From the NCBI GenBank assembly GCA_038087875.1, contig JAXLNO010005563.1, positions 1-64,000 on the forward strand: 64,000 nucleotides of DNA, written 5' to 3'. The notes below the pieces were generated by a model, which ran no database searches, was not told where the DNA came from, and was given only the letters and a program-made list of their open reading frames with translations. Positions 60,835-64,000 of this stretch are shown one piece after another (within the stretch, counting starts at the first letter, position 1; every line of letters begins with the position of its first letter). The DNA comes from Malacoraja senta (Eukaryota). A program made the position numbers and the translations under genes.

Positions 60835-62900
60835 CACACAATACTCCAGGTGTGGTCTCACCAGGGCCCTGTACAACTGCAGAAGGGACCTCTTTGCTCC
60901 TGTACTCAACTCCTCTTGTTATAAAGGCCAACAGGCCAAAACTGCACACAATACTCCAGGTGTGGTCTCATCAGGGCCCTGTACAACTGCTAAAGGACCT
61001 CTTTGCTCCCAGGGCTCGAAATTAGCGGTTGCCCGGGTGCCATTGACCACAGAAAGTGCCCCCGGGCAACCTAAACGCCGACTCATTTTGCCCGGCTTGG
61101 CACCCAAATCCTGCTTTATACGGGTAGACGCAAAAAGTGGAGTAACTCCGCGGGTCAGGCAGCATCTCTGGAGAGTAGGAATTGACGTTTCGGGGCGGCG
61201 GCTGTATTCCTCTAGTATCTTTGATTGCGGGTCAAAGATACTGGTGCGGGGTGACGAAGGGTCGGGGCGAATGACGGGCCCCGAACAACGGCAACAGCGG
61301 CTCCACGGCCTCCTCCTCCCGTCCCCTGCCCGGCGGAAGGAGCTCTCCCTGTCCCTCTCCCTCTCCCTCTCCCTCTCCCTCTCCCTCTCCCTCTCCCTCT
61401 CCCTCCCCTCCTCTCTCGGCCTCGGCGTGAGAGAGGGGGTGTTTTGAAAGCGCCTTTTGCGGATTTGCCCTATCGCGCTGATAACGGTCGCTGCTTGCAA
61501 CTCCGCTAAGTATCGGCGCTTTCAAACCAACCCCTCTCGCACGCCAGGGAGGGAGAGGGAGTCTCCTTCCGCTGTCTGAAGCAGCTGCACCAAAGATGCT
61601 ACAGCTATAGGATCTTTCAGCTGCACCGCTCGGCCCCGCACCTTCCTGTCGGCTGGCGGAGGAGGGGAGGCGGCGGCACTTTGACGTTAGACAGGGACGG
61701 CCAAGGCAGTGGGGCGATGTTGTCCGAGGAGCGCTGACCTTCCTTCCTCCCCACCTCCCCCCTCTCCCTCCTCCCCCTCCCCCCTCCCCTCTCCCCTCTC
61801 CCCTCTCCCCTCCGCCCCTCTTATCCTGGGACCCCTCCTCTCCATCCCGCACTGATCCCCATTCCCTCCTCTATTCAGTCCTCACTGACATCCCTGTACT
61901 CCCCTCCCCATCTACCCTCCTCCCCAATCCTGCCACCCCCATCCATCCTACACTGGTCCCTGAATTCATCCTGTACTGACCCCCCTTCCGATCCATCCTG
62001 CACTTCTCCCCCCATTCATACTGCACTGATCCTCCCATTCATCCCGTACTGACCCACCCTCCATTTACCCTGCACCAATCCCCCCATCCATCCTGTAGTG
62101 ATCTCCACATTTATCTTTTACTGATCCCCCATTCATCCTGTACTGATCCCTCATTTATCCTGTAGTGATTCTCCATTCATCCTGCATAGACCCTCCGATC
62201 CACACTGTCCTGACCCCCCCCCATTCATCCTGTACTGATCCGTCCATTCATCCTGGGCTGATCCCCCCCCCATCCATCCTGTACTGATCCCCCCATTCAA
62301 GAAGAATGGGGGGAACAGTCTGAAGAAGGGTCACGACCCGAAACATTGCCTATTTCCTTAGCTCCATAGATGCTGCCTCACTCGCTGAATTTCTCCAGCA
62401 TTTTGTCTACTCCCATTCATCCTGTACTGAACCCCCCATCCATCCCATACTTCGATTTTCCAGTATCTGCTGTTCCTTCTTGAACATAATATGTGAATGC
62501 TTCATTGAGCATAATTCCGACTGGTAACTACGCACTTCGTCCGAGCACATTATCGCACGCGTCATGCAAACTGTCTTCAATGACCACCTAAACTGTCATT
62601 TGGCAACCTAAAAAGCTGTCAAGGTTGCCCGGCTGGCAACAGGGAAAAAAAGTTAAGCGAGAGCCCTGGCTCCTGTACTCAACGCATCTTGTTATGAAGG
62701 CCAACAGGCCAAAACTGCACACAATACTCCACGTGTGGTCTCACCAGGGCCCTGTACAACTGCAGAAGGACCTCTTTGCTCCTCGACTCAACTCCTCTTG
62801 TTATGAAGGCCAAACAGGCCAAAACTGCACACAATACTCCAGGTGTGGTCTCATTAGGGCCCCGTACTACTGCAGAAGAACCTCTTTGCTTCTATACTCA
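60835..62900. repeat. 110-bp CR1-derived tandem repeat split by a DNA transposon
   Basis: CACACAATACTCC at 60835, 60945, 62718 and 62828; the unit is the reverse complement of the CR1 [17 protein letters not shown] segment. Confidence 0.85.
61010..62668 (+). mobile_element. Non-autonomous DNA transposon, 1659 bp, 5-bp TSD GCTCC
   Basis: Ends CAGGGCTCGAAATTA / TAAGCGAGAGCCCTG; GCTCC at 61005-09 and 62669-73; the empty site TTTGCTCCTGTACTC is seen in the neighbouring repeat unit. Confidence 0.8.
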
Positions 62901-63079
62901 ACTCTTTCTCAGTTTTCTTTAGTGTCCTTTCCAAACAAAGTGAAAACATCTTTTACACTTTGTGGAAAACTCGATGTTTGAATTATGTTCTTCAACCAGT
63001 TTAATCCAATTTAGTTTAGAGATACAGTGTGGAAACAGGCCGTTTGGCCCACCGAGTCCGTGACGACCAGCGATCGCTC

Positions 63080-63261
63080 NNNNNNNNNNNNNNNNNNNNN
63101 NNNNNNNNNNNNNNNNNNNNNNNNNNNNNNNNNNNNNNNNNNNNNNNNNNNNNNNNNNNNNNNNNNNNNNNNNNNNNNNNNNNNNNNNNNNNNNNNNNNN
63201 NNNNNNNNNNNNNNNNNNNNNNNNNNNNNNNNNNNNNNNNNNNNNNNNNNNNNNNNNNNNN
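63080..63261. other. Assembly gap (182 N)
   Basis: Run of n. Confidence 1.
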
Positions 63262-63769
63262 CTTTCTCCACTATCTCCCCCACACTACCCCTTCCCCATC
63301 TCTCTCCCCACCGGGTCTCTAGCGCTGTGAGAGCAACTCTACCACTCGGATTTAGAGGAGGGCACATGTAAATAAACCGTTAAACCTGTCCTATCCATGT
63401 ACCTGTCTAAATGTCTGGCCAAATGTCTCTGGCCAAATGACCTAAACGTTGTATCAATGAGGCTCTTCTCGTTCTTCTCCGGAGAGACAGGGTGAAAGAA
63501 AGGAGAAAGAAGGGGGACGGAGAAAGAGAGTGGAGTGACTGGATGGAAGAGAGAGCAACGCGGAGGGAGAGAGACTGTGTAAAGGGGAGAGGGGCAGCGG
63601 GTCAAGACTCACGTGTGTTTCATTGTCAAATATCCCAGACACAATAATGACATCCCAACTATCAGCAGCACCAAACAGTATGTAAACATAGAGGGGAGGA
63701 AGAGAATGGAGGGAGAGAGGGTGGTGGAGTGGGTGGGACGTTGGAGTCCGGGTCCCTGTCTCCCTCGCC

Positions 63770-64000
63770 CCCTCCATCTCTCCCCTTCCCGTCTCTCTCC
63801 CTCTCCTCTCCGTCTCTCTCCCCAGTCTCCGTCACTCTCTCTTTTCCCTCCCCGTCTCTTTCTCTCTCTGGTCCCCTACCCGTCGCATCTCCTCTCTCCT
63901 TCCCCTCCCCGTCTCCCTCTCTCTTCCCCTCCATTCTCTCTCCCATCCCCTCCCTCTCCACCTCTCTCTCTCTTTTTTTCTCCCGTCGCTCTCCCCCCGT
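63770..64000. repeat. CT-rich low-complexity tract
   Basis: Almost entirely pyrimidine. Confidence 0.85.

Noticed and set aside
60803-61852. Overlapping 193-214 aa ORFs
   Set aside because: Low-complexity translations of CR1 repeats and transposon cargo; no transposase motifs.

Overview
Eukaryotic, repeat-dominated genomic DNA. The repeat repertoire (HE1/V-SINE-like SINEs, CR1 with an esterase ORF1, Rex1/Babar, Penelope) points to a cartilaginous fish, probably a skate or ray (inference). Two host genes are visible. The first is the 3' part of an MHC class I-like gene on +: an Ig-C1 alpha3 exon at 1529-1795 and a TM exon at 4475-4582, both phase 1-1 with canonical AG/GT. The second is a tandem C2H2 zinc-finger gene (29229-30941, frameshifted fingers at both ends), with a candidate CpG-island promoter and first exon near 19400-20280. 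The rest is nested mobile DNA. It includes a fish-type L1 ORF2, a structurally complete but decayed DIRS1 tyrosine-recombinase retrotransposon (12576-17661), a 5'-deleted second DIRS with near-identical termini, many CR1, Rex1/Babar, L2, RTE-X and Penelope pieces, and a decayed IR/DR Tc1. Elements invisible to the ORF track are two related solo LTRs, a TAA-flanked Harbinger-type MITE, a 1.66-kb non-autonomous DNA transposon with a 5-bp TSD, hammerhead-like motifs in Penelope repeats, a 72-bp perfect inverted duplication and a diverged tandem duplication. There are also several minisatellites born from retroelement fragments and two assembly gaps. No prokaryotic system, CRISPR array, rRNA or true tRNA gene is supported. 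All family assignments are from motif recognition, not database searches.
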